A stretch of 64,000 nt of DNA from Octopus sinensis. Lineage: Eukaryota. This document shows, piece by piece, positions 1 to 12,674 of the stretch; within the stretch, counting starts at the first letter, position 1; every line of letters begins with the position of its first letter. The DNA is taken from positions 51,274,001 through 51,338,000 of the forward strand of contig NC_043010.1 of NCBI RefSeq assembly GCF_006345805.1, written 5' to 3'. The notes beneath the pieces were generated by a model. The model did no database searches. It saw only the letters and a list, made by a program, of their open reading frames with translations, and was not told the origin of the DNA. Both the position numbers and the translations under genes were made by a program.

Positions 1-394
1 TCCCGAGTGAGACATTAAACTGTATTTTGTGTTAAGGCTCCAACTAGGGAGTTCAGAAGATTATGAGAATATAAAGTTACCGCTTAGTTCCCAGTACTCC
101 CAGGTCTGCAAGGCCCGGGATGTTAGTGCCTGTCAAGGGCTCCAGTTATGGGTCAAATAACAGACGATGGTTCTGTGGTTAAGGCATAAAAGTATCAGAG
201 CGGGGTTGGTCCTTAAACATGTACTACACAGGTTACACTAGTGTGAGGATATGCCCTGCTTTTGTGTGAAACAATCACCCTGCCTAAGAGTTAAATAGAG
301 TATCTGAAGGGTAAGCTTAGAAGAGCAAGACACTAACAGAGTTAAAGGTGGACTGATCAATGTTGAGTAGACATCTCTTACATTGAATACTAAT

Positions 395-550
395 GGAAGA
401 AGGAGGAGGAGTGGCTGGGGTAGGGGAGAAGGATGAGGAGGTTGGAGAGGAGAGAGGAGGAAGAAGAAGAAGGGAAGGAGGAGGAGAAAGAAGAAGAGGA
501 GGAGGAGGAGGAGGAAGAAGGATAAGAAAGAAGAAGAAGAAGAAGAAGAA
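395..550. repeat. Polypurine (GGA/GAA)n low-complexity tract
   Basis: Direct reading. Confidence 0.9.
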
Positions 551-877
551 GGTCGACTTTGCCATTCATCCTTTTGGGGTCGATTAAATAAGTACCAGTT
601 ACGCACTGGGGTCTATATAATCGACTTAATCCGTTTGTCTGTCCTTGTTTGTCCTCTCTGTGCTTAGCCCCTTGTGTGTAGTAAAGAAATAGGTATTTCG
701 TCTGCCGCTACGTTCTGAGTTCGAATTCCGCCGAGGTCGACTTTGGTTTTCATCCTTTCGGAGAGCGATTAAATAAGTACCAGTTACGCACTGGAGTCGA
801 TATACTCATCTTAATCCGTTTGTCTGTCCTTGTTTGTCCCCTCTGTTTGTAGCCCCTTGTGGGCAGTAAAGAAATAA
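551..877 (+). mobile_element. tRNA-derived SINE family B (OR2-like), two head-to-tail 3' units
   Basis: Matches other copies in the window (GTCGACTTTGCCTTTCATCC...AAGTACCAGTTACGCACTGGGG...GTAAAGAAATA). Confidence 0.85.
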
Positions 878-2552
878 GATAGGAAAGGTGGGTGTATAAG
901 CCTTGCAATCCTGCTCAGAAACTTCCATTTTTCTAGTAAATATTACCTAGGTTTCCTACATCTGTCAGTTTGAGCCGAGACAATGTGCAAAAGGTCATCC
1001 AGATCATACTTAGAGTTTCCACTAGGGTTAATGTGAATTGTCCACAATTTTTGGTAATTGGCTATAGAGACTACAAATATATGATATTCATACATCAACA
1101 TAGACAAATTCGTAAACAGGGTGTACTGGAAACCGAATGCATCTTCCTGAAATGGGAAGATATCAGGGAACAGCCAAGCGAATTCGTGAAGCGAGAACAG
1201 ATGGGTGCGATTATTAATAAGTGATGTGTCTCACTAAGAAAGAAAATTAGAACAGAATCTGACAGTTTTAGCAAATATTTGAAACAGAGAAAGGCGCTAG
1301 TCAACTTATAAGATGTAGCAAACAGAAAAGTCATCGCTTACGATGTGCTTGCGGTTAGAGTGTCTCTTGACCACGTCCTCTAAATAAAACACGGAGAATG
1401 CATTGTTCGTGTTAGGACACATATTCTGAAGTATAAAGGATCAAAAGCTTTCGATAGACGCAAGAAGAGGGAAGAGGGCAGTGTGCCAACAAAGCGATAT
1501 TTCAATTTTTTGTGGATTTGCAGTGGGCATGTGATATTTAATTTCTCGGCGGGACCTTGCCGAAATGGTCTCGAGGAGTAACTCACTTCGGATAGTAGAC
1601 TTCGATGGCTACCTCCATAGTCAGCGGTGAATCCCATGCAAAGATGCGGGATGCTGTGAAAATCCCGATTTAATGAAGAAGCGAACTGATAGAGAGGTCT
1701 GTCCTCCAAAGTTTCTAGTTACGTATTGCATTTGTTTGCTAATGTCTTAATAGCTGTCTATAGTAACTGACAGCAGGCTGGGAGCATTCCAAACCAGGGA
1801 GTAGGGGTGTGTTGAGGAAGGATCTGAACAAAGAGGAAAAAATACACAACTTCAACAACTTTTTCAAGAACCACTTGAAGAGAAAAAAAGGTTACCATAT
1901 TCTACCATCAACCTAAGGCTTCAGTAGAAGACACTTGTTCAGTGAGCTGCGAATGGAATTTGACCCGAAACCACATGGATGAGATGAGAACATCTTAAAT
2001 ACTCACTCATACTTACACCTTGAGAGCAAGTTTCCTGGAAAATGGAAACAGATGCCGTGTTCGAACGTCACTGTGTAGGTATCGATTTATCTCGACTGCT
2101 ATTCTATTTAATAAAAAAAAAAAATCCGGATTTAGAGTTATCTCCCTTGCGCCCTCATAGATACTCTAGATTTACCTCCCTTGCTAGAACACCGTTATTC
2201 GTCTGAAATCTCTACCAAAGGAACTAAACACAGCACTGCAGGCAAACAAAGATTTCGTCGATTGCAGTGAATTATGCAATAGGTTGGCCCGTTGATATTG
2301 AAGTACGTTGATGTCGTATAAGACACAGTAAAAAGGAATAGCTTCAATTTGTTGGTACTTCAGTTGATTCGTGGGTGTCCTATCAACTATTCTAATGCAA
2401 TTAAACGTAGTCTCGTGCTGGTAAAGAGGATATGTAACTGGTCAAAATGCTTGGCATCATTTAATTATGTCCCTTTACATTCTGAGTTCAAATCCCGTCG
2501 TGACCTTTTGCCTGTCTCTAAAGTGTTCATAAAATAAATATTAGTCAGGTAC

Positions 2553-3028
2553 TCGTCATCATTTAACGCCCGTTATCCCTGCTGGTATGGGTTGGCGGTT
2601 TGACCAAGGATGGCAAGCTGGAAGGTTGCACCAGACTCCAGTCTGATTTGGCATGGTTTCTATGGCTGGATGCTCTTTCTAACGCCAACCACTCCAAGAG
2701 TGTAATGGATTCTTTTAGGTGCCACCAGCACAGGTGCCATTTGCATGACACCAGTATCTGATACGACTACGATCTTATTTGGCATGATGGGTCTTCTTCA
2801 CAAGTATGGCATAATGCTGAAGGTCTCGGCCATTTGCCATTGCTTCCATGAGGCCCAACACTTAAAGGGTGCTTTTCACATGCCACTGGCATTGGCCACC
2901 TTGCCTCCATGAGGCCCAAGGCTTGAAAGGTGCTTTTTATGTGTCACTGGCACAGGTGCCAGTTACGTGACACCAGCATCAAACATGACTACGATTTCAC
3001 TTGGCTTGAATGGTCTTCTCAAGCACAG
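2553..3028 (-). mobile_element. RTE LINE 3' end / RTE-tailed SINE with (GAT)n tail
   Basis: Reverse complement of the 3' UTR seen at 5400-5888; (CAT)n at its left end. Confidence 0.75.
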
Positions 3029-3517
3029 AATGATCGGGATGAGAGAACGGTTGGTGAGAGCTATACAAGACATGTACAGGGATGCTATCAGTAAGGTGAG
3101 GATTGGCAACAAGAACAGGGAAGAATTCAGCATACAAATGGGGTTCAACAAAGATCAATCCTCAGCCTCCTTTTCTTCATAGTCCTCCAGGCACTAACAG
3201 AGGAATTTAAGACAGGTTGTTCTTGGGAGCTCCTCTATGCTGATGACCTTGCCCTTATAGTTGAATCATTACCAGAATTACAGAAGGAGTTCCAGGTATG
3301 GAAGAAAGGTCTTGAATCAAAGGGCTTTAGAGTTAACCTAGCAAAAACCAAAGTCTTAGCAAGTAGGATGGCAGACAAATCACAAATCCCTTCAGGCAGA
3401 TAGCCCTGCTCAGTCTGTAGAAAAGGTATAGGTAGAAATGCCATAAGACGCTCCCTGTGTAAGCTTTGAACACATCAAAGGTGCAGCAATATCAGAGGAA
3501 GGTTAACAGGGAAAATA

Positions 3518-4794
3518 TCAGGTTATCTCATAAGTTCTGTCCAATTTTGCCTTTTTTTAAATTGAATGAAATTTTATAGTATTTTAGAATGTCTAATGGA
3601 ATTAAAAATTAGTTTTATGTATTTGTGTACATTTAAACTAATTAAATATTGTTTTACAGAATAATAGAATTAAAATTTCTTTGATTAAAACCCTTTCTAA
3701 CATGGAAGTATCCAAAGAGCATTTTGAGGCTTTATGGGTACAAAAAAGGAAACACTGCAGCCAAAGTGACTCGAAACATACTCTCAGTTTATGGGAAAGA
3801 ATGCTTGAATGGAAAAACTTGCAGATGGTTTGCAAAATTCAAAAGTGGATATTTCAGCCTTGAAGATGAAGATTGAACAGGACGTCCAGTTGAGTTTGAT
3901 GATAAGCTTCTTGAGGCATCACTTGAAGAAAATCCTGCATTATCAGTTGAAGAATTGGCAATAAAGCTTAGTTCAAACCATACAACTGTTCATCGTCATC
4001 TTCAACAACTTGGAAAGGTTCCTAAACTTGGAAAATGGGTGCCTCATGAATTGTCTGAAAGCAACTGCAAATCCTGGGTTGACATCTGCTCTTCTCTCCA
4101 TTCTTGCGAACTCGTTTCACCCTTTTTGGATAGACTTATGACTGGTGATGAAAAATGGATCTTCTATCGAAATATTAAACATTGTAAACAGTGGCTTGGT
4201 AAAAGGAAAAAAGCTCAACCACAACTGAGAAGGGAACTTCATGGAAAAAAAGGTTCTTCTCTCTATCTGGTGGGATTGTAAAGGAGTAATTCACTTTGAA
4301 TTGTTACTACCTAATGCAACAATCAATGCTCAAGTCAACTGTCAGCAATTAGAGCACTTGAACCAAGCTTTGAAGAAAAAGATGCCCGCTTTAGTGAATC
4401 GAAAAGGAGTGATGTTTCATGAGGACAATGTGCAACCCCACACTGCTAAGATCACATCACAGAAGATCAAAGAGCTTGCTTGGAAAAAAATTCCTCATCC
4501 ACCTTATTCTCCCGACCTTGCTCTTTCAGACTACCATTTGTTTCGTAGTTTACAGAATCATTTGGGGGACATAACTTTCGCAAGCCAGGAGGAGGTCGAA
4601 ACTGACATTTCAGAGTTCTTTGCTTTGAAACCAAAAGAGTTTTACATTGATGAGATTAAAAAGCTCGTAATTAGATGGAAGGAAGTCATAGATAATCAGA
4701 GAAAGTACATTCAAGATTAAATTTCAATTAGATATAACATTTGATCACTTGTTTTCTTTATTCAAAATTCGGACAGAATTTATGGATGACCTGA
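3518..4794 (+). mobile_element. Full-length decayed mariner DNA transposon (~1277 bp)
   Basis: TIRs TCAGGTTATCTCATAAGTTCTGTCC / GGACAGAATTTATGGATGACCTGA; TA TSD at 3516-17 and 4795-96. Confidence 0.95.
3702..4720 (+). pseudogene. Frameshifted mariner DD34D transposase
   Basis: WVPHEL, TGDEKW, HEDNVQPH and YSPDLALSDYHLF motifs across several frames. Confidence 0.95.
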
Positions 4795-5900
4795 TAGCTT
4801 TTGCATGTGGTAGATGCACAGGTACAATAAACACTGAAAATGTACAGAAAATAGCCTCCATCAACTGCTAGTGGAGTAAGCTAGAAGTAGTAGGTAGCTT
4901 CCATTATCTAGATGACCAAATTAGTAGTGGAGGCAGATGCTCCAAGAGTGTAGCTGTGAGAATAAAAATAGGCTGGGCAAAGTGTAGAGAGCTCCTAACT
5001 CTGCTGGCAACAAAGGGCCTCTCCCTCAGAGTGAAAGGCAGATTGTATGGTGCCTGTGTGTGAACAACTATACTACATGGCAGTGAAACATGGACTGTGA
5101 TATCCAATGACATGTGTAGGCTTGAAAGAAAAGAAGCCAGAATGTTTCACTGGATGTGCAATGTCAGCGTGCATGTTTCAACAGAGTGTAAGCATCCTGA
5201 GAGAAAAATTAGGCATAAGCGGCATCAAATGTGGTGTGCAAGAGAGACAACTGCACTGGTGTGGTCATGTGATGCCTATGAACAATGACAACTATGTAAA
5301 GAAGTGCCAATCTCTTACTGTGGAGGGAACATGTAGTAGAGGTAGGCTCAAGAAGACATGGGACAAGGTGGTGAAGCATGATCTTCAAACTTTGGGCCTC
5401 ACAGTGGCAATGAGTAGTGACCAAGACCGTTGGTGATATGCTGTGCTTGAGAAGATGTCAAGCCAAGTGAAATTGTAGTTGTGGCTGATGCTGGTGTCAC
5501 ATAACTGGCACCTGTACTAGTGGCACATAAAAAGCACCTTTTCAAGCATTGGGCCTCACGGTGGCAAAGTAGCTGAGCTCCTTTCATATGGTGGGCCCCA
5601 TAGAGGCAATGATCAAGACCTTTGGCCTTATGTTATGCTTGAGAAGATCCATCAAGCCAAGCAAAATCACAATTGTGGCAGATATCTTTCCCACACAAAT
5701 AGCACTTGTGCCAGTGGCACATGAAAGAACCCATTACACTCTCAGAGTAGTTTGGCATTAGGAAGGGCATCCAGCTATGGAAACCATGCCAAATCAGACT
5801 GGAGTGGGATAAGCTAGCCTCAGTCAAATCATCCAACACATGCCAGCATTGACAATGGACATTAAATGATGATGACAATGATGATGATAATATGTGTGTG

Positions 5901-5934
<34 letters not shown>

Positions 5935-5938
<4 letters not shown>

Positions 5939-6079
5939 CGCATATTTGCCATTTGAATATGGCTAACCCCTAAGGGTGGATGCTACTGTAGTTTGTAGCC
6001 CCAGGAAGATACAAACTACAAACTACAGTAGCATCCACCCTTAGGGGTTAGCCATATTCAAATGGCAAATATGCGTCAC
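5935..6079. repeat. Perfect 64-bp inverted repeat with 17-nt spacer
   Basis: Arms 5935-5998 and 6016-6079 are exact reverse complements. Confidence 0.95.
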
Positions 6080-6118
6080 GATGTGTTACCGCTACTGTTT
6101 ATAACTCGCTCTGAGATT

Positions 6119-6746
<628 letters not shown>

Positions 6747-6989
6747 AACATATGTGTGTGTGTATATATAGATATAAATATAGATATATCTTCAGGTCAT
6801 TTTCAAAGAAATTATCGGCTACATTAATATCTCTTGCAGTTGTTCACTCAAGCGTGTAGACATTTGACCTTTGTTACAGGAATTATAATCGATTTCATGC
6901 TAGAATGAACAGAATTACATTTCCTTTAGATATTCCCTTTGAAATATTTATAATATTAAAGATGTTCATTCCATTCTCAGTTGTGATTT

Positions 6990-7760
6990 TGAGAATTGTT
7001 GCCCAGGTCTTTGCGAGCCTTTCAATGGCAGTAACTAAGGTAACAGGTATTTTTTCCCATGTGTTGACACTTCAGTAACCATGAGTAGGGTATACAGTCA
7101 AATGCTTTCCCCTAATGAAGTCCTACTGTCACAAAGCTTCAACAGAGTTTTCTTACTTCAAACAGTGGAACTTTGTTCATCAAAAGTTACACAGTTGTCC
7201 CGCGCTGGCTGCTGCCGTCACCGGCGGTGCGCGCAGTGCTCTTTCGGTCGTCGTTGAATTCTTCAGCGGCGGTCGTTGGGCACTCGCATTGCGCCGTCGG
7301 CCGGCCTGTTTGACATCGGGGTGTCGCAATTGTTTGCGACGATGAAAAACCGCCGCTAAAAAAAAAAAGTTACACAGCACATCCCTAAACTCATTTCTTT
7401 CCATCTGCCTGTTGATCAGTCACTACATTGTTGGACTCACAATGATCCTGGAGGACTTAGTCGAAGCAGCTTGTATACAGTTTGTACATGTTTAATCAGG
7501 CAATGGGCTTATAGTTTTCTACCAACTTAATGATTTTGATCATGACCATAAGATTCATCTGTGTTATAGCAAGCCATTTGAGCATATCAATCTGACCTTC
7601 TATAGTCTTTTTGAATATGCATAGCTAGTTTGCTGCAAAAATCAGCCTTATGTATCAATATCCAACAATTAAGTTTCTTTCAAGTGCTTTCCTGTTATGC
7701 AGTTTGTCTTTAGACGTAGTGTAAGTTTTTAGGTCATCCTCTAGAGTAACTAAGAAGTAA
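6990..7760 (-). mobile_element. Decayed R4/Dong-like (REL-endonuclease clade) non-LTR RT fragment
   Basis: Minus-strand NYKPIA..YKLYTSC..LQDHCESNNVVTDQQA.GKK..GCA..LLMNK and GKAFDCIPYSWLLKC, with stops and frameshifts. Confidence 0.75.
7195..7364 (+). other. Retroposed GC-rich structured RNA fragment (163 nt + A-tail) with 13-bp TSD
   Basis: AAAAGTTACACAG at 7182-7194 and 7365-7377; 103/163 GC; A-run 7358-7368. Confidence 0.85.
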
Positions 7761-8599
7761 GTTATCTTTTTATATATGTACTATTTTGTCTTTTTAGTGG
7801 TGGTTGAGGTGGGAGTCAAAATAGTGCAATATGACCCAAATTCTAGCTATGCCATTGCATATACTTGGTTGTTTGTGTGTGTGTGTGTGTAGTATTATAT
7901 TTATGCTAGAGTTCAGTGAGTAATTAGGTTTGTTGATTGAATAACAGAGCACTGCTCCTTCATAATCGTCAGGAGACTCCATCAAGTAGGATATAAACAA
8001 AACAGCACAATATATTTACTAAAACTTACTATTTGGTAACCAGATATATTTGCTCATTTTCTTCTTTTTTCCCCCGTTTATTATAATCCTTACTTTTCAT
8101 CAACAATTTCAACAAATCAGTCAATAGTTTATTCTCCTTCTTTGTTCACAACTTCTAGCAGATGTTCAACATGACCATCTGCTGATCCAGTTCCTTAATG
8201 GATTGACACAAATCCTCAAGGACAGGCTGGTTAAACCAATCCTCATCAAACTAAACAGGTTAGCCAGAATGCAGGGAAACTGTGATGTCAAATTCCCCTT
8301 CTTGAAATGAGAAAACCTTTTCTATGCAGTACTTTTCACAACCATCCCTTCTCTGCACACAGATCACATTTCCCAAATGGTTTTGGCAGTTTTGGAATCT
8401 TTGTAAAAAGCAAAGAAAAGCCAGCATTTTATTCTCCTTTTTTTAACTTGGCACTCAATTGTCATATGTCTGAAAAAGTGGTAAAATTTATTCAAAGTTC
8501 AAAAATAATAGACAGAAGTTGTAGAGGCAAAATAGAGCTACAAAGCACCATTTAACACTAGGATAAAAGTATTTTTTGTACTAATTCTTTTATTCTTTT

Positions 8600-8811
8600 A
8601 TTTGTTTCCGTCATCTGACTGCAGACTTGCTGGAACAAGTCTTGAAGAATTTTAGTCAAACAAATTGAATGCAGGACTTATTTTTTAAGCCTAGTACTTA
8701 TTCCATCTGTCTCTTTTTACTGAACAACTAAGTTACAGGGATGTAAACCCACCAAAACTGGTTGTCAAGTGGTGATGGGGGACAAATACAGACACACAGA
8801 CACACACAGAC

Positions 8812-8904
<93 letters not shown>

Positions 8905-9057
8905 CAATGGGCCTCTTTTCAGTTTTCATCCACCAAATACACTTACAAGACTTTGGTTGGCCTAAGGCTATGGTAGAAGACACTTGCCCAAAGTGCCATG
9001 CAGTGGAACCATGTGGTTGGGAAGCAAGCTTCTTACCACACAGCCATGCTTGTGCCT
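8600..9057 (-). mobile_element. SINE family A (OR1-like) with internal (TA)n
   Basis: Matches the family consensus seen repeatedly in the window. Confidence 0.85.
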
Positions 9058-9670
9058 ATTCAAATAACATTGGGAAGAAATTACCAAATTTATCTGACAA
9101 TCCAACATATGTATTAGCAAAATATAAACAATTGGTGATTGTTTATCATGTGGAACAGAGAATAATTTCTGGGTAAGAATGGTTGCAGATAGCTTGCTCT
9201 GATAATGCATATGATAGTTTGATGGTTGTTTAGGATGTAAATGGCATTTAACTGTATTGCTGCAGTGTCTCCTCAAATGTTATCTGTTCAAGGGCTTTAT
9301 TTGTCACTATGCTGCCAATAAAAATATCTGTTAATCATGCATGTATAGTCTTTTAATAATAGGGAAAGTCTCATTATAATAGGGAAAATCACTGGGCACT
9401 CATTGTTAACCCTCCATGAGCATCCAGCCTCTGTGTGTGGTTTAAGGGTACTCACTAGTATTTTTTAGCATTGGGCACTCAACTGAAAGTTACCTTTAAG
9501 TTGTGTCTATTAAACAAACACCCATATCTATGTGACTGTGTGAAGTGTTTGTCCACTAATTTAAGGAATACTCTTCTCGTATAAGTCTTGACTTTGAATG
9601 AGAAGGGTGGGGTAAACCAAATAACCTTTGTGGATGTTCAGACCTGGCATATTGGAGATGTGGTCCTTAA

Positions 9671-9891
9671 CCCTTTAGTGTTCGCATTATTCTGCCAAAA
9701 TTAATGCTTTTTTATCCACATTGTTTTGAACTAATCATGCATCATCTTGTAGCTATGAGATTTTGGTGAGGTAGCTGTTAATTTTGAAAACAATATTGTA
9801 GGGTTGGTGTGAGAGACCAGATCTGGCCAGTTTGAACATAAAACAGGCAGAATACTTTTGGCTGGATATGGCCGGTTTAAATGCTAAAAGG
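9671..9891. mobile_element. piggyBac-type MITE
   Basis: TTAA|CCCTTTAG ... CTAAAAGG|TTAA termini. Confidence 0.8.
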
Positions 9892-10124
9892 TTAAACCCA
9901 CTGGGCTTTGTTGTAATAGAGGGTTGCAGTGTTGAAAATTTCTTTACTGGAGGACAAGTTTGAAATCCTCTTACTACACCCTTCACTAGGTTCTTAAACA
10001 TGATAGATGGGTAGCAGAAGGTCGTGTTTATGTGTGTACAACTGCCACTCATTTGGTTTACAGCAAGGCCTATATGAACTGGTACCCAGATCCAACATAA
10101 TGTCTAAAAGGTTAACAATATATA

Positions 10125-10530
10125 GGCGCAGGCATAGCTGTGTGGTAAGAAGCTTGCTTCCCAACCTGGTTCTGGGTTCTGGGTTCTGGGTTCAATCCCA
10201 CTATACAGCACTTTGGGCAAGTGTCTTCTACCATAGCCTCAGGTCAACCAAAGCCGTTTTTGAGTGGATTTGCAAGACAGAAACTGAAAGAAACCTGCTG
10301 TGTGTGTGTGTGTACCTGTGTTTGTCCTCCCATCATCGTTTGACAACCGATGCTGGTGTGTTTACATCCCCGTAACTTAGCAGTTCGGCAAAAGGGACCG
10401 ATAGAATAAGTACTAGGCTTACAAAGAATAAGTCCTGGGGTCAATTTCTTCAACTAAAAAATCCTTTAAGGCAGTGCTCCACCATGGCTGCAGTCAAATG
10501 ACTGAAACAAGTAAAAATATAAAAGAATAA
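10125..10530 (+). mobile_element. SINE family A (OR1-like)
   Basis: tRNA-like head GGCGCAGG..GCTGTGTGGTAAG..GGTTCAATCCC and family tail TGACTGAAACAAGTAAAA. Confidence 0.85.
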
Positions 10531-11756
10531 AAAAAATGGTAAGGTTGGTCTCAGTTGCAATCTTCAGTCCAAGAAAGCAAAGGGTAAAAATTAGATCTCT
10601 CCTAAGCCTGTCTAGGATATGTCTGCTAACATGCCTGAAGATGACTAAAGCATCCTGCTTGCATTCACAATAACTTAAAATTCACATGATACTTAGTCAC
10701 ATCCTTTTTCAGTTCAAATACCAAGATCAACTTTGTCTATCATCATCTATTTAATAGTTAGCTTTTATTTTATATAATTTACTTGTTTCATTCATTTGAT
10801 TGTGGCCATGCTTGGGCACCGCCTTGAAGTGTTTTAGTCAAACAAATTGACCCCAGGACTTATTTTTTTGAAGCCTAGTAATTATCTTTTGCTTAACCAC
10901 TAAGTTGCTAAGATCCTTTTCGGTCCTGACTGACCATGGATTGCATCTAGGAAGTTACAGTCCCAAGCACAAGTCCGGGCAAGGTTGTTTATGGAAGACC
11001 AGCAGTTGCCTATGCATACCGGCCTCCCCTCTTCACGCCACCAATGTTATCCAAGGGAAAGGCAAAGGGGCCGATATAGCTTGGCACCAGTGACATCGCA
11101 ACTCATTTCTACAGCTGAGTGAACTGGAGCAACGTGAGGGAGATAAACAGTAAAGAATAAGTCCTGGGATCAATTTGCTTGACTAAAGGCGGTGCTCCAG
11201 CATGGCTGCAGTCAAATGACTGTATATGATGGGATTCCTTCAGTTTCCATCAACCAAATCCACTCACAAGGCTTTTGTAGAAGACACTTGCCCAAGGTGC
11301 CGTGTCATGGGACTGAACCTAGAACCAGATTTTTACTACACAGCCATATACCAACCTAGTACTGAATTCAGCTTTTATCGACTACAAACCACCCACATTC
11401 TGCCTTATGATTTAAATCTTAATTTAGAATAATTTTCTACACCTTTCAATTTTAATGAATGTTTATCATCTTTAAGACCTTGAGCATATCTAAGATATCA
11501 GAAAACAAAAACTATGACAATAAAATAATGATGAATTATAAAACTGGGTTTCAGCAAGCTTATGACTGGCCCTAACTTTGTGTCTTTCTCCTTTTTATTA
11601 TCGTATAACACCTGCCAGTACATGTAAACTTTTAGTTGTTAATGTTTGTTTGCTGATAACGAATGATCTTGTTATCAAAATATTCTGTCCAACTTCTACT
11701 ATTTTCCCACATCCATTATGATCTTCATTACTGGTGGTGATGCTCTACAACAAATC

Positions 11757-12185
11757 TACCACCACCACCACCACCACCATTATCACCACCGCCATAATAC
11801 CACAGCCATCACCACCACTGCCACCACTACACCACTATCCCCATCACAACCATTACCACCAATACCACCACCACTACAACCATCATCACCAATGCCACTA
11901 CCATCATCACCATCGCTGTGAACAATAAAGAGTGAGTCCACAATTGGCAGGTTCAAATTGCACCGGATAATCCATTGGTGCGACCCTGACAGCAGCTACT
12001 ACACTGATCTGGGACAATAGTGACTATTAACCTGGGGACAAATGTGGAGGTTCATGGCTTAGTGGTTAGACTGTGGTTCATAGCAACTATCTTCACTATC
12101 ACCACTACTACCACCACCACCGCCGCCGCTGCTGCCACTGCTACTACTAGTGCCATGACGACAACCACCACCACCATTGCCACCT
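11757..12185. repeat. (CAC/CAT)n low-complexity tracts (11757-11915, 12090-12185)
   Basis: Direct reading. Confidence 0.85.
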
Positions 12186-12674
12186 TATTTCATTCAAGAT
12201 AAGACAAACATCTTGGTCTTTTTTTTAACTATCTTTACACACACACACATGCATAAACAACCACACACACACACACACACACCTAAACACAAAAATCATA
12301 CATGCACATACACACAGAGCAACATGCATGCATTTTAATTTCACGATGCAGTTGTTTGTTTGTTTGTTTCTTTCTTTCTTTCTTGCTTTTATGCGAATGG
12401 TGTCAGAACATTTGACACAGTTCTTCTTACTAACTCTTTAATTAAATTGTTGACTTTACACAAACCATTATTCTCAAAAATTTACTGCAATACAGCAGAT
12501 CTGTGAATGGGATTGGCTGTGTGGTAAGTAGCTTGCTTACCAACCACATGGTTCCATGTTCAGTCCCACTGTGTGACACCTTGGGCAGGTGTCTTCTACT
12601 ATAGTCTCGGGACGACCAAAGACTTGGGCATCCCAAAAAACTGAGGTCATCGTCTCCCCTGCAGATGAAACAAC

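Larger units (their letters stand above)
3029..5888 (+). mobile_element. 5'-truncated decayed RTE-clade LINE, interrupted by mariner
   Basis: RT motifs ELLYADDLAL and KTKVL, CxxC segments, WCGHV.PM C-terminus, 3' UTR ending in (GAT)n; reading continues across the mariner (GRLTGKI|AFACGRC). Confidence 0.9.

Noticed and set aside
1380-1709. Minus ORF containing FLRLSKAFD, resembling an RT motif
   Set aside because: KAF arises from the palindrome AAAGCTTT and appears on both strands; catalytic Asp absent and no downstream QG/YADD motifs
7195-7357. Bacterial contamination as the explanation for the GC-rich insert
   Set aside because: A-tail, TSD and restoration of the host RT frame on removal indicate genuine retroposition
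8030-8470. Minus-strand acceptor (8470) and GTAAGT donor (8030) around protein-like text FDEDWFNQPVLEDL
   Set aside because: Stops in all frames; unrecognised; could be UTR or TE debris
10125-10200. tRNA-like heads with A/B boxes (many copies)
   Set aside because: They are SINE 5' domains continuing into SINE bodies; no complete cloverleaf tRNA gene found
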